A DNA stretch of 64,000 nucleotides, taken from positions 1-64,000 of the IMG/VR virus record IMGVR_UViG_3300046557_000512, one strand, 5' to 3'. Each line of letters starts with the position of its first letter. Within the stretch, counting starts at the first letter, position 1. Below the pieces are notes generated by a model that was not told the origin of the DNA, ran no database searches, and saw only the letters and a list, made by a program, of their open reading frames with translations. The position numbers were made by a program, and so were the translations under genes. The DNA comes from a virus. Positions 1 to 10,078 of the stretch are shown piece after piece.

Positions 1-427
1 CGCGGCAGGCAAGCCAGATGTTCTCATTCACCTTGTCGGCGATCGACTCCATGTTGTCCTCAACCTTGTTGAGGAAGCAGCTGATCGGCAGGCCGCGATC
101 GGTGCCGCTGTTCGACAGCACTGGGGTCGCCGGCATGAACCAAAGCTGCGAGATAGCGTCATAGATGCGCTGCGCGTGCCCGTAGGTCTTGCCGAGCTCA
201 CCAAGCACGATCTCATCGGAGTTCGAGCAGGCGACGCGGGCGAACAGATCCTGGAAGGATTCACCGGGCATCAGGTAGCGGTCGGTGAGGGTTTCTTTGC
301 CGAAAGGGGTCAGCAGACTGTCGCGTGCGTCGTCGATCGTGATGGTGACGACGCGGTTCAGCGCGGTCTCGGTGTAGGTGTAGGGACGCGTGGAGACGCC
401 CAGGGATGGCTGCGCCATCTCGGTCAT
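1..427 (-). CDS. nrdA: Ribonucleotide reductase alpha subunit, N-terminal part (runs off the window)
   Basis: Not in the ORF track. Manual translation from ATG 427 gives DSLLTPFGKETLTDRYLMPGESFQDLFARVA...HAQRIYDAISQLWFMPATPVLSNSGTDRGLPISCFLN, typical of class Ia NrdA (PATP.LSN and PISC motifs). Confidence 0.92.
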   Translation of the reverse strand, partial: MTEMAQPSLGVSTRPYTYTETALNRVVTITIDDARDSLLTPFGKETLTDRYLMPGESFQDLFARVACSNSDEIVLGELGKTYGHAQRIYDAISQLWFMPATPVLSNSGTDRGLPISCFLNKVEDNMESIADKVNENIWLACR

Positions 428-501
428 GGTAGTTCCTTTTCGGCTTTCGTTGTTGGGGTCGAACAGTCTATCTGATTGCGTGTGTGTCGTCTACTATGCA
501 C

Positions 502-1107
502 CTACGCCAAAGACAAGATCATTCCCGCTGCTTGAGCAAATTGTTCGGTCGCGATGCAGGCGGCGATCGCGGCCAGCGCATCGGCCGGGTGCTCAGCTTT
601 CTTCACCACGCATTTGCCCTTGGGGCCGTAGACGATGCCCCAATCGTTCTTCGGGCCGACAGGCCACTCCTGGTCGGGACCGGCCAGCTCCACCGCCCAG
701 CGCACAACGTCCTCTTTGTCGGCGACCTTGTTGCCGACAGACGCCATCTTCACCTCGGTGGGGCTGACCTCATACATCGGGATGGGCAGGCTCGCCATGA
801 GACCGATACAGACTCCATTGCTCAGCGCGCCTCGGGCAGACTGAGCGCCCGACGGCACTTCGCCGGTTGCGACCTTGATGCCGTATTTGGAGATCAGCGC
901 CTGCATGCCCTTGGCGGCAACGCGGGCTCGCGCGACATCCTCGGACGACTTGCGCACCTTCTTGCCTTCCTGGCCAGGCTTCGTCTCGAACAGACCGACC
1001 TTGTGGACCCGCACGATCTTGCGCGTCTCCAGGTCGACGTCGGCTACAGCGTAGCCGGTATTGCTCAGGCTCGGGTCGATGCCGAGCAGGGTGAGGGTCT
1101 TGGTCAT
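502..1107 (-). CDS. RuvC-like Holliday junction resolvase
   Basis: N-terminal LLGIDPSLSNTGYA, catalytic E in ATGEVP, SPTEVK...ADKEDV, C-terminal HPADALAA. Confidence 0.85.
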   Translation of the reverse strand: MTKTLTLLGIDPSLSNTGYAVADVDLETRKIVRVHKVGLFETKPGQEGKKVRKSSEDVARARVAAKGMQALISKYGIKVATGEVPSGAQSARGALSNGVCIGLMASLPIPMYEVSPTEVKMASVGNKVADKEDVVRWAVELAGPDQEWPVGPKNDWGIVYGPKGKCVVKKAEHPADALAAIAACIATEQFAQAAGMILSLA

Positions 1108-1212
1108 TTTTCTACCACGTTTCGGGACCGTCGAGACGGTCGTTGTATTTGGCGATCGCGAAGATAGCGATCCAGAGAGCGAGTGGCGGGCCGATTAATA
1201 CCAGCATGCCCA

Positions 1213-1767
1213 TCAGAACATGCCGGCGCCGGGGAGGGCCATCAGCTCATCGTCCTGCGCTTGGTCGCGCGCGTTGGTGAACGCCTGGGCGAAGCCGCCC
1301 ATCAGGATTCGATGCATGCCGGCGTTGGCCTTGATGATATCCTTCAGGCGGCCGTTGACGTTCGCGACGGTGATCGGCGCCAGGCGCTGGTCGACATCAT
1401 CGGCGAGGTCACCGAACGCATTGATGACGTCGTCCCACTCGAGCTCGATCCACGCCGGGTTGTCCTTGTCGGCGACCGGCTCACCCTTCGGCACGAAGCA
1501 GAACAGAAGGCCCGCCTTCTTGCCCAGGGTGATGCGCTCGACGTCGAACTTGGCCCCGGCCTTGATGGAGATCTTGCGGTAGCCGTCCTTCTCCTTGACC
1601 CAACCCTGCACCAGCTGGGGCAGGGCGACGGTGAAGGGCGCGTTGATGCCGGCGCGACCGAATGCTTTCGCAACCGCGACGAGGTCCGACATGAACGAAC
1701 TGGTCGCGGCGCGGTTGATCTGTTCCTGCGTCGGCGGGGGAGGGGGTGGAGATGAGGCTTTAGCCAT
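1213..1767 (-). CDS. Hypothetical protein
   Basis: ORF in operon orientation; ATG 1767 preceded by GAAGGA; no recognisable motif. Confidence 0.7.
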   Translation of the reverse strand: MAKASSPPPPPPTQEQINRAATSSFMSDLVAVAKAFGRAGINAPFTVALPQLVQGWVKEKDGYRKISIKAGAKFDVERITLGKKAGLLFCFVPKGEPVADKDNPAWIELEWDDVINAFGDLADDVDQRLAPITVANVNGRLKDIIKANAGMHRILMGGFAQAFTNARDQAQDDELMALPGAGMF

Positions 1768-2056
1768 CGCGTCCTTCAACTTTCTCGAATGTTAGCTTCT
1801 GAAGACGGGCAATCTTACGTTCTGCCTTGGCGATCTCATCATCGCGCCACCGGGCTGCGGCCGCGCGGGCTTCGTCTTCGGTAAGATGAGCTTGCAGGCC
1901 CAACTCCCAATCGCGGCAAGCGGCGATCTCGGTCACCGCTGTTGGCCAATCGGGATCATATTCAACCATCGCCGTTCGCAATCGATTCGTGGACAGCGCC
2001 ATGTTCACAAGGAACATCTCTCGACGCTGTAGCGGCGTTCGGACATCGCAGGTCAC
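1760..2056 (-). CDS. Hypothetical protein
   Basis: Overlaps both neighbouring genes by a few bases, consistent with translational coupling. Confidence 0.55.
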   Translation of the reverse strand: MTCDVRTPLQRREMFLVNMALSTNRLRTAMVEYDPDWPTAVTEIAACRDWELGLQAHLTEDEARAAAARWRDDEIAKAERKIARLQKLTFEKVEGRDG

Positions 2057-4014
2057 GCCGTCCGCACCTCACTGATGCCGTTCTTCTTCTCGACCACCAT
2101 CGTGTTGCGACAGTAGGCGCCGATATCGTTGTGGCTGATAACCAAGACCGTTCCGCGGTCGCGCGCCTTCTCCTCGAGCACGCCCATCAGGCGCTCGAGT
2201 CCGGCGTCATCCAGCGCGTCGTCGATCTCGTCACCGACGAACAGCGCGAGCGACTTGCTTGCGCGGCTGGCGACGAGGTCCTGGAGGGCGAGGAAGCACG
2301 CGAGGCGCACCTTGCGCTTCTCACCTCCGGACAGGTTCTTGAACGACGGCGCCGAGTTCGCTTTCTCGACCGCGATCGAGAATTTCTCCTGCAGATCCTT
2401 GCCGTTCTTGGAGAGCGTGAGCGTGGTCCAATGCGCCTCGATCAGCCCGTCGGTCAGTGACCCCAGGTAATGCGCGGTGCGTTCGTTGAGATAGGGCGTC
2501 GCCTCATCGAGACGGTGCGCACGCACGCCGGCTGGGGCGAACACATCGACCACCGCCTGGGCGTATTCTTCCTCCTCGGCACACTTGACGATAGCCTCAT
2601 TGCCGAGCCGCATCTGCTCGGCCCACTTCTTGAGCTCTTCGTCGAGCGTGGCGACCATCGCGTCGTAAGGATTCTGCTCGGACGCGATCGACTTGAAGCT
2701 ATCATTCGCCTGGATGGCGATCTGCTTCAGGCGTTCAACCTCGCGCCCCTTGGCCTGGACGATCGACAGCTCCCGCTGCAGCGCCGAAAGGCGCGCAGTC
2801 TCGGTGGACACGTCGGTCATGCTGGCGCGGTGATCAGTCAAGGTCTTGTCGGCCGCGGCGATAAGCCTGTCGACCTGGGGAAGCTTCGCCTCCGCCGCTT
2901 CGCGATCAGTTACAGTCTGGAGATATTGACTGTTGAAGGTGTCACGACGAGCTTCCGACGACGCGATCGCAGCCGCCAAGTGCCCTTGCTCGAGAGGGCG
3001 TCCGCAGTCGTTGCAGGGCTTGCCGACACCGTTCTTCGTGTCATCTACCGCTTGCGCCATGCGATCGCGATCGCTCAATGCCCTGGCTTCCGCCGCCTTC
3101 TTTATGGCAATGTTGCTCTCGACGGCCTGGCGCGTGCTGCGCGCGGTGGTCAGATCGCTCAGTAGATCACGCTCGCGGACCTGTTCGCTGGCGACCGCGG
3201 CGATCGCTGTCTCGCATGTTGTGATCGCCGCCCTGAGTTCGATCTCCTCATTGGGGTCGAGCGCGTCGAACGCCACCTTCGCCTCGGTCGCCAGAGTCAC
3301 GGCGTGCGCTCGCGCGTTGGTGATGCGCTGACCCTGGTTCGCGTTCCAGCTATCGCGGGACGTCGTCTGCTGCGTCATGTGGTCACGCGTCTGCGTGTGT
3401 CGGTCGGTTACGCGGTCGAGGTTGATTTGCACCTCAGCGCGCTTTGTAGCGGTCTCCCGCGCACGTTCGCGCGCGGTCTCATACGCTCGCGACAGCACGT
3501 CGACGCCGGCGGCCTCCTCCACGAGCAGCTTCAGCTGCTTGTCGGTCATCGACGGCAGGTCAGGCATTGCCTCCTGACCCGAATAGACCGCGGAGTTGAA
3601 CACGCTCATCGAGCAGCCGAGCATCTTCTCGACCAGCTTCTGCGTCTCGGGCGTGGTGCCCTTGGAGATGTCGGTGCCGTTGTGGAACAGCTGCAGGGCG
3701 TTCTTCAGCTTCGGATACTTCCGATGCCGGACCACCGTGTAGACGTCGCCGTTATCGTCGTGGATGTCCCAGCCGACACGCGTGCCCTTGCCGAGCGCCG
3801 TGTTGACGACGTCATCACCGGACACGCCGCGCGCAGTCTCACCCCAGAGGCACCATGACAGCGCGTCGCCGAGCGAGCTCTTGCCGGCGCCGTTCGAGTC
3901 AGCGGCCGTCTCGTCGCTGATACCGGAGATGTGGACCAGGCCCCTGCTATCGAGGTTGATCTTCGCCTTGCCGATCGTCAGGAACGCTTCGATCTCGCCG
4001 TCACCGAAGCGCAT
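2053..4014 (-). CDS. SbcC/Rad50/gp46-like SMC ATPase
   Basis: Walker A SNGAGKSS, coiled coil with CNDC zinc hook, signature LSGGEK, Walker B LFVGDE, ISH loop. Confidence 0.92.
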   Translation of the reverse strand: MRFGDGEIEAFLTIGKAKINLDSRGLVHISGISDETAADSNGAGKSSLGDALSWCLWGETARGVSGDDVVNTALGKGTRVGWDIHDDNGDVYTVVRHRKYPKLKNALQLFHNGTDISKGTTPETQKLVEKMLGCSMSVFNSAVYSGQEAMPDLPSMTDKQLKLLVEEAAGVDVLSRAYETARERARETATKRAEVQINLDRVTDRHTQTRDHMTQQTTSRDSWNANQGQRITNARAHAVTLATEAKVAFDALDPNEEIELRAAITTCETAIAAVASEQVRERDLLSDLTTARSTRQAVESNIAIKKAAEARALSDRDRMAQAVDDTKNGVGKPCNDCGRPLEQGHLAAAIASSEARRDTFNSQYLQTVTDREAAEAKLPQVDRLIAAADKTLTDHRASMTDVSTETARLSALQRELSIVQAKGREVERLKQIAIQANDSFKSIASEQNPYDAMVATLDEELKKWAEQMRLGNEAIVKCAEEEEYAQAVVDVFAPAGVRAHRLDEATPYLNERTAHYLGSLTDGLIEAHWTTLTLSKNGKDLQEKFSIAVEKANSAPSFKNLSGGEKRKVRLACFLALQDLVASRASKSLALFVGDEIDDALDDAGLERLMGVLEEKARDRGTVLVISHNDIGAYCRNTMVVEKKNGISEVRTA

Positions 4015-4180
4015 TACGGACCTCCCGTGCTTCGGTGACGATGCAGGCTAGGCTAACGCAGCCGAGAAGTAGGGCGCCACTCGCCAGGAAATATTGGTGC
4101 TTTCCGACCAAGTGGCAGACCAGACCCGCGGATGCTGCCGCGCCGATCATGCTGCAGATGATCCAGGGGATGTGTTTCAC
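4001..4180 (-). CDS. Small membrane protein (59 aa)
   Basis: Manual translation VKHIPWIICSMIGAAASAGLVCHLVGKHQYFLASGALLLGCVSLACIVTE...; two hydrophobic segments; fills the gap between the sbcD-like and sbcC-like genes. Confidence 0.55.
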   Translation of the reverse strand: MKHIPWIICSMIGAAASAGLVCHLVGKHQYFLASGALLLGCVSLACIVTEAREVRNALR

Positions 4181-5232
4181 GAGCTTGCCTCCGTCGTCGT
4201 CAACACGTCGAGCGCCATCGTGGCGATGCGGTCGCGGTCGAGCTTGGTTTCGAGATGATCGCGGGCGAAGCTGGTCACCGCAGCGGCCAGGGTCAGACCT
4301 GGCGCTACGTTGGTGACCCCGCGGATGGTCGGTCGCTTCTTGCTGGAGTGGTCGACAATGCCGAGCGCGCCGACCTGCTCACACGCTTTGCGCGTGAGCA
4401 GGATCGCCGCTTCTTCCTCGTCTTGCAGGCGCAGGCGAACGTAGCTGCCGCGGATGTTGTCGGGGATGGCCTCACCAAGCCCAATCGGTTTGTCGACATT
4501 GACGAACTTGGGCGCGTTGCTCTCGATCTGCCCGACGCCGTTGTCGTCGACCATGAGCCACCCTGCGAGCGTGCCGGGATCGCTCCAGTTCTGATGCGAG
4601 GTAGCGCCGATCGACCAGACACCGCCGCCGAAATCGATCTGGTTGTGATAGTGCCCAGCGAACACACGATCGTAGCCGAGCATCTTGAGCTCGTCGGCCT
4701 CGAGACCGTGGTCGGGGATGCCTTTGATGACGCCATTCACCGGCGCGTGGATGACTAGATCGCCGGCACGGCCGACACCCCAGGCCATCGTCTTGCGGAG
4801 CTCGTCGAGGTCCTGGATCCAGGGCACCATGAAGACGCCGCCATCGAGGACGGTCGGCTGCGTGATCGCGGTGAAGCCGGGGATCTCATCGAGGGCCTGC
4901 ATGGCATTGCCCAGCGTGTTGCTGAACACGTCCTCGAGATCGTGGTTGCCCGCGATCGCCGCGACCTTCAGCCCCATCTCGACGCAAATCCGCTTGAAGG
5001 TCGCAATCGTGGGGTTCATCACCGAAGGGGTGATCTTGCCGCGGACGTGAAAGAGGTCGCCGGCAAGCAGCATCTGCCCCCACCCGCGTGCCTTGGTCAC
5101 CTCCGCCTGACGGATCAGTTCGTCGAGGATGATCTGCAGACGGCTGTTCACGCCATCGGCGGTGATGGAGGAGAAGACGGACCAGTCGTGACAGTGATGG
5201 TCGCTCGACAACGAGTAGGGGATGAATGTCAT
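4177..5232 (-). CDS. SbcD/Mre11/gp47-like metallophosphoesterase nuclease
   Basis: SDHH, AGDLFH, GNHD and GHYH motifs; adjacent to the SbcC-like gene. Confidence 0.9.
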   Translation of the reverse strand: MTFIPYSLSSDHHCHDWSVFSSITADGVNSRLQIILDELIRQAEVTKARGWGQMLLAGDLFHVRGKITPSVMNPTIATFKRICVEMGLKVAAIAGNHDLEDVFSNTLGNAMQALDEIPGFTAITQPTVLDGGVFMVPWIQDLDELRKTMAWGVGRAGDLVIHAPVNGVIKGIPDHGLEADELKMLGYDRVFAGHYHNQIDFGGGVWSIGATSHQNWSDPGTLAGWLMVDDNGVGQIESNAPKFVNVDKPIGLGEAIPDNIRGSYVRLRLQDEEEAAILLTRKACEQVGALGIVDHSSKKRPTIRGVTNVAPGLTLAAAVTSFARDHLETKLDRDRIATMALDVLTTTEASS

Positions 5233-5366
5233 TTCATTTCCGAAAAGCGCTCGATCAGGGCGGCGACGATGATGAAGAAACACATGACGCCAAAGAGGGT
5301 CGCGATGATCGATCCTTCCAGCTGTCGCCGGTTGAACCGCGCTTGCGTCTTTGCGTCATAGTCCAT
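5229..5366 (-). CDS. Small single-TM protein (45 aa)
   Basis: MDYDAKTQARFNRRQLEGSIIATLFGVMCFFIIVAALIERFSEMK; GGAGG RBS; ATGA overlap with the sbcD-like start. Confidence 0.6.
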   Translation of the reverse strand: MDYDAKTQARFNRRQLEGSIIATLFGVMCFFIIVAALIERFSEMK

Positions 5367-5402
5367 CAGTCACCTCCCTGATTCGTTGTGCGTGTGTGTT
5401 GT

Positions 5403-5864
5403 TCACTCTGCAATATCGCGCTTGCGACGCTTCTTCAAGGGTGGCGTGATATATTTGTGCTGGAATTTCTCGTAAGGGACGATGCGCGTCGATCTGCCAC
5501 GCCAGTTCGCGCGAGTGCGGACGATCGTCTGGTCGAAGAACATGTCCATCGTCGTGAGCGAGAGGCGCTGAAGCTCCTCGACGACGATCGCCACTACGTT
5601 GATGTCGAGCTTCTGGGCTCGCTGCAAGACGACGGCGTCAACTCCGATGCCGGCGGTGCCTCGCTCAAGCGCTTCGTCGATGCTCTTGGCACCCCCGCGC
5701 CAGATATCGCGGCCCTTCATTTCGATGATCAGCAGCTTGACCCCTGGTGCTTCGGGGTCGATCGCGTTGGGGCGTGTAATTACCTTGCCGACGACACCAG
5801 GTGCTGCACGGATCTCAGCTTCACGCCGCGCATCCTTCAGCAGCGGCTTGAGCAGCCGGTTCAT
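5403..5864 (-). CDS. Hypothetical protein
   Basis: Basic ORF in operon orientation; probable start MNRLL at 5864. Confidence 0.65.
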   Translation of the reverse strand: MNRLLKPLLKDARREAEIRAAPGVVGKVITRPNAIDPEAPGVKLLIIEMKGRDIWRGGAKSIDEALERGTAGIGVDAVVLQRAQKLDINVVAIVVEELQRLSLTTMDMFFDQTIVRTRANWRGRSTRIVPYEKFQHKYITPPLKKRRKRDIAE

Positions 5865-6351
5865 GCTCGCGGAGAAGGTAGATGGCCGTGAGCTTGGTTT
5901 CCGTGTTGACGAGGCGTGGGCCATAATTCCTTCTCAGCCATTCGCAGAGCTCGCGGGCGCCGAGCTCACGCGGGCGATTGAGCATCAGGTGGTTGGCGTG
6001 CCCATGCTGGTGCAGCATGGGGCCGATGGGGCCGCCGGCGACATGGATGACGCGGGCGAAGCCGAAGATCTTCCCGGCCTTTACGTTGTAGAGGCCCACG
6101 CGATCACCAGCCCGAAGCCTTTGTTGCCAGGCCATACCCAGTCGGACGGTGTTCGAGAGATGAGAGAGACCGGTCTCCTCCTGGAAGGAGAGCGCCGCCA
6201 CCGTATCGTTGCATACCGAAGGTCGATCGATGGCGGCGCTGCACTGGTCCTGGATCGAGCAGAACTCGCAAACGCTATGCCTTGAACCACCTGACCATTG
6301 CAAGTCAGGCATTCTGCGAAGCGGTCGCGTGTTCGTGTTGATCGTGGTCAA
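5821..6351 (-). CDS. Hypothetical phage protein (possible PUA/ASCH-like fold)
   Basis: NTVRLG...LRAGDRVGL...IFGFARV pattern resembles ASCH domains; weak similarity. Confidence 0.55.
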   Translation of the reverse strand: MTTINTNTRPLRRMPDLQWSGGSRHSVCEFCSIQDQCSAAIDRPSVCNDTVAALSFQEETGLSHLSNTVRLGMAWQQRLRAGDRVGLYNVKAGKIFGFARVIHVAGGPIGPMLHQHGHANHLMLNRPRELGARELCEWLRRNYGPRLVNTETKLTAIYLLREHEPAAQAAAEGCAA

Positions 6352-6426
6352 GTGAGTCTCGTCGTCATGTGATTTTGATAGCGACGACCAATCGATTCGA
6401 CGATTGGCATATCGATCGATTCGAGC

Positions 6427-6762
6427 TCAGAGGGTAATGCCATTGCTTTGCAGGATCGCGCTGAACGCCGGCGTTAGCTCCGGGCTATATTCGCGGACGT
6501 AGGCCATCATGCCTCGCATGGACTGCTCGACCTTACGGCGGCGCTCGACCTGCTCGTTGTTGTAGCGAAGCAGTTCGCCGATGCGCTCCTGGGCCACCGT
6601 GCGATCCAAGTTCAACCGCTCACGCAGATCGCGGCCGATGCTCTTGACGAGGTAGTCGCTGTCGATGCCAAGCTCTGTCAGGACAGACGCTGCCAGGCGA
6701 ACGTCCCGTGCGCGCGGCTTGCGCTGGTAGACCAGGCGCATGATCCAGTTCTTCAACATCAT
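6427..6762 (-). CDS. Hypothetical coiled-coil protein
   Basis: ATGA overlap with the recA stop codon. Confidence 0.65.
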   Translation of the reverse strand: MMLKNWIMRLVYQRKPRARDVRLAASVLTELGIDSDYLVKSIGRDLRERLNLDRTVAQERIGELLRYNNEQVERRRKVEQSMRGMMAYVREYSPELTPAFSAILQSNGITL

Positions 6763-7856
6763 TCGGCCTCCGGGGCCAGGGCCGCGAGCGCCGCTGCTAC
6801 GTCATCCTCGTTGTCGCTGAGCTCAGGCGCGACCTGCGCACCATTCTCAGCGATGTCGAGCAAACGACCAAGCGCATCGGGCTGGGCATTCAGGATCGGC
6901 GACAGCTGCGACTGGTAGAGCTTCTTGCCTTCCCAGACGATATATGCACCGGACGTCTCCAGCTTTCCTTTTGCGCGCAGATGCGTGAGCATCGAGTCGA
7001 TCACGTCGATGTAGCCGGTGCCGTCTTCGTTGAACTTGAACTCGAACTCCGTTTTCATGAACGGGCGATAGGTCTTGTTCTTGATCGCCTCGAGGCGGAT
7101 CGTCTGCCCGGTGACCTCCTTGGTGTCCTTCTTGTTGTCCTTGTTCATCGAGCGGGCGAGATAGATCTTCACGGCGTCGTAATAGAACATCGCCTCACCA
7201 CCCGGCGTGTAGCGCGGGTCGCCATGCAGCACGCCTGGCTTCAGGCGCATCTGGTTGAGGAAGATCGCGAGGATGTTGTTCTCGACCACGAACTGGTTGA
7301 ACGCCGGCAGCTCCTGGCTGAAAGCTGTCGCGAGCGCGAGCTTGTCGCGCATGTTCAGCGCCTCGCCGGGCTTGCGCGGCTCGAGCTTAGCGGCCGGGAC
7401 CATCGCAGCCGCAGAGTCGAACACGCAGACCAACGGAGCTTCGAAGGGGATGACGTCAGCTTTGCGGATCGTGCCCATCCAATCGATGGCCTGGTCGAAC
7501 GATTCCTCAAGGCACCGCGGGCGGCGATAGGTCCAGATGCCGGGCTCGATCGAGCCACCGAAGCGTTCGAACAGCGACGGAATAAAGGTGCGCTCGTGGT
7601 CATGGAAAGCGCCAGCGCCGCCAGCGATCTGTGCTTCCTTGATGACGTGCTGCGAAAGCAGCGTCTTACCGGCCGAGGCGGGCGAGGCTATCTCGACGAT
7701 GCGCGAGGACTTGAGGCCGCCCCCGCGATACTTTCCCGACAGGGCGAAGTCGACGTTGGGGATGCCGGTCGACAGATGGAGACCGCTGTCGGCAATGACG
7801 TCGGAGGTAACCTTCCCCTTTGTCAGGGCGGCAGCGAGGGCGTTGGCGATGCTCAT
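6759..7856 (-). CDS. recA: RecA-family recombinase
   Basis: LSTGIPNVDFALSG, variant Walker A SPASAGKT, VFDS, FLNQMR, TPGGEAMFYY and KNK motifs. Confidence 0.9.
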   Translation of the reverse strand: MSIANALAAALTKGKVTSDVIADSGLHLSTGIPNVDFALSGKYRGGGLKSSRIVEIASPASAGKTLLSQHVIKEAQIAGGAGAFHDHERTFIPSLFERFGGSIEPGIWTYRRPRCLEESFDQAIDWMGTIRKADVIPFEAPLVCVFDSAAAMVPAAKLEPRKPGEALNMRDKLALATAFSQELPAFNQFVVENNILAIFLNQMRLKPGVLHGDPRYTPGGEAMFYYDAVKIYLARSMNKDNKKDTKEVTGQTIRLEAIKNKTYRPFMKTEFEFKFNEDGTGYIDVIDSMLTHLRAKGKLETSGAYIVWEGKKLYQSQLSPILNAQPDALGRLLDIAENGAQVAPELSDNEDDVAAALAALAPEAE

Positions 7857-8800
7857 GCGAATTTTTCCTGTGCTTGGATGAAAGGCTTTGCCCACACCTC
7901 GACGTTGCGGAGGATCGAACCGAACGACAGCTGAGCGCACAGCTCGCTGAAGGCTTTCAGGTCGATGTCGCCGCGGGTCGCGCGAAGATTGGTGGGCTGG
8001 GGAATGGAGGGGTGGCCGAGATCCATCAGTTCGAGCGCAAACTCGAACCGGACCTGAGCTTGGGTGTCGGCGTGGAATTTCTTCAGGCCGCTCCAGGTGC
8101 GGGGCATGACGCCGTGGTGGTGCAGCATGCGCCCCTCCACCGTCGCGATGTTGGCCTGCAGGAACTCGTGAACGTCATCGAACACGGCGAGCATGTCGAT
8201 CGCGCCCTTCTCACCGACGCCCGTCTTGGGCTTCACATTGTCGCCGTCGTCGCCCTGCAGGGCCTTCGCGTGAATGAAAGCCTTCTGGGTGCGGAACTTG
8301 GTGAACTCGTGGAAGTTGGCCGCGGTGCATTTGCGATCGATCTTGTGATCGTCCCACACGACACCGTTCTCGACGAGCTGGATCCAGTCTTTGTCGCCGG
8401 TGACCAGGATGACCTGATCGCCCATGCGCAGCGCGCGTCGCGTCATGATGGCGGCGAGATCGTCCGCTTCCATGTTGCCCGCGATCAGCTGGGGCATGCC
8501 GAGGTAATGAAGTGCGCGAACCAATAGGCTCTTTTGCGCCTTGTAGCGCTCGCGATCCGCGACCTTCTCGGGGGTGTCGTCGCGGGTGCCCTTGTAATCA
8601 GCGAAGCGCTCGTAGCGCCAGCTGCGACCGTCCCACAGGGTGACCGGCCGCGATATGGAGCTCTCGAGGATCTTGCGGATCGTCCCAAGCGCGCCATAGA
8701 TCGCGGTGGTCTCCTGTGAGCCGGCGGTGAGACGCTTACCCTTTCGGGCCGAGGCGGCGTAACCGATAGAATTGCCGTCGATGTAGGTCCGAAGGGTCAT
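7853..8800 (-). CDS. 5'-3' exonuclease / T4 RNase H-like flap nuclease
   Basis: YIDGNS, DYKGTR, EADD, TGDKDW and ALQGDDGDNV...GVGEKGA motifs. Confidence 0.9.
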   Translation of the reverse strand: MTLRTYIDGNSIGYAASARKGKRLTAGSQETTAIYGALGTIRKILESSISRPVTLWDGRSWRYERFADYKGTRDDTPEKVADRERYKAQKSLLVRALHYLGMPQLIAGNMEADDLAAIMTRRALRMGDQVILVTGDKDWIQLVENGVVWDDHKIDRKCTAANFHEFTKFRTQKAFIHAKALQGDDGDNVKPKTGVGEKGAIDMLAVFDDVHEFLQANIATVEGRMLHHHGVMPRTWSGLKKFHADTQAQVRFEFALELMDLGHPSIPQPTNLRATRGDIDLKAFSELCAQLSFGSILRNVEVWAKPFIQAQEKFA

Positions 8801-8817
8801 GTGTGTCATTCACCATG

Positions 8818-8858
8818 CAAAGGGGGCGAGGCTGGGTCGCTTAATTGACCTCGCCCCC
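8818..8858 (-). terminator. Probable intrinsic terminator after ssb
   Basis: GGGGGCGAGG...CCTCGCCCCC stem followed by TTT on the minus strand; large loop. Confidence 0.45.
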
Positions 8859-8899
8859 AACACGATCGCCGACAAGGAGCCGGCCGGCGATCGCACTAC

Positions 8900-10006
8900 T
8901 TAGCCGAGCGATGCGAGGATCGCGTCGATGTCCGAAGCGCCGCCGGTAGGAGCGGCGGGGGTTGCGGTGACATCCTGCGGCGCCGTGACGACCGCGGGGG
9001 CAGGGGTCGGCGCCGGGGTCGGCGTGACCGCGACTGCCGGGGTGGGGGCCACCTCGACGAACACCGCGTCCTGGATCACCGGCTGCTCGACAACCACGGT
9101 GGCAGGGATAACCACCTGAGCCGGGGCAACGCCGGTAGCGCCGCCACCATCGATACCCGCAACCATCGCCGCGATGTCGGCGTCAACCGCAGTGGTCACG
9201 GTCGCAGCAGCGACGGCGACTGCCGGGGTGGGGGCCACGGTTGCCGGCGCGGCGAGCGCACCAGCAGCGGCCGCCGGGGCGGCGAGCACGTCGCGGGCCG
9301 AACCAGCGCCGACGTTGACGCCCAACTTCGCGAGCACGCCCAGGGCCTTCTGGTCCTTCGCTTCGAACAGCGCGGTGACCCAGGCGTCCATGTCGATCAG
9401 CTTCTCGAGGATCTGCGGGCCGAGCGGCGCTGCCTGCGGGGTCGCCAAGAACGTATACTTGGTATCGTTCTTGCCGGTGCCTTCGCGGGTGCACTTGAAG
9501 ACGTGACCGCGAGCAAGGCTCGACAGGTCATAGGTGTCGTCCATGTCCAGATACATCCCGAACTGAGCCAGGATGAGCTCGAACTGGGTGTCGGACACTT
9601 CGACCAACTGCGGCTCGGTCGGCGCGACTTCCTTATCGTTCAGGATCAGCGCCTGGAAGACGTTGCGCGGGCCGCCCAACATTTCTTTGAAGTGATCCTT
9701 GATGTCAGGCGCGGCCGCATGCTTCATGCCCTCGAAGACCATCTCGCGAATGGGGTCTTCCTCGCCGTAGGTGAGGAACTTGTCGCCGATGACGACCAGG
9801 TCCTTGCCGTCGAACGACTTGAGGTAGAGCTGGCCGAACGTGCGCCACCACTCACCGACCTGGTCCTTGGCGGGCAGGATGCGGAACAGCGTGTCGCCGA
9901 CCTTGAACTTGTAGCATTTCTGACCGCGCTGGCGACCGGCGGCGATGTCGCCCCGCTTCGCTGCGATCTTTTCCTTCATCGATAGTGCAGACATTGGTTT
10001 CGTCAC
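8900..10006 (-). CDS. Single-stranded DNA-binding protein, T4 gp32-like
   Basis: FRILP motif, GTGKNDTKYTF, long Ala/Pro/Thr linker, acidic tail DIDAILASLG; replication-gene context. Confidence 0.75.
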   Translation of the reverse strand: MTKPMSALSMKEKIAAKRGDIAAGRQRGQKCYKFKVGDTLFRILPAKDQVGEWWRTFGQLYLKSFDGKDLVVIGDKFLTYGEEDPIREMVFEGMKHAAAPDIKDHFKEMLGGPRNVFQALILNDKEVAPTEPQLVEVSDTQFELILAQFGMYLDMDDTYDLSSLARGHVFKCTREGTGKNDTKYTFLATPQAAPLGPQILEKLIDMDAWVTALFEAKDQKALGVLAKLGVNVGAGSARDVLAAPAAAAGALAAPATVAPTPAVAVAAATVTTAVDADIAAMVAGIDGGGATGVAPAQVVIPATVVVEQPVIQDAVFVEVAPTPAVAVTPTPAPTPAPAVVTAPQDVTATPAAPTGGASDIDAILASLG

Positions 10007-10078
10007 TCCTTGTTGTGTTGTGTGCTATGCACCGGTTGAACGTCAGATACTCTTGGCTTTTGCTCGCAACGGGTGGCT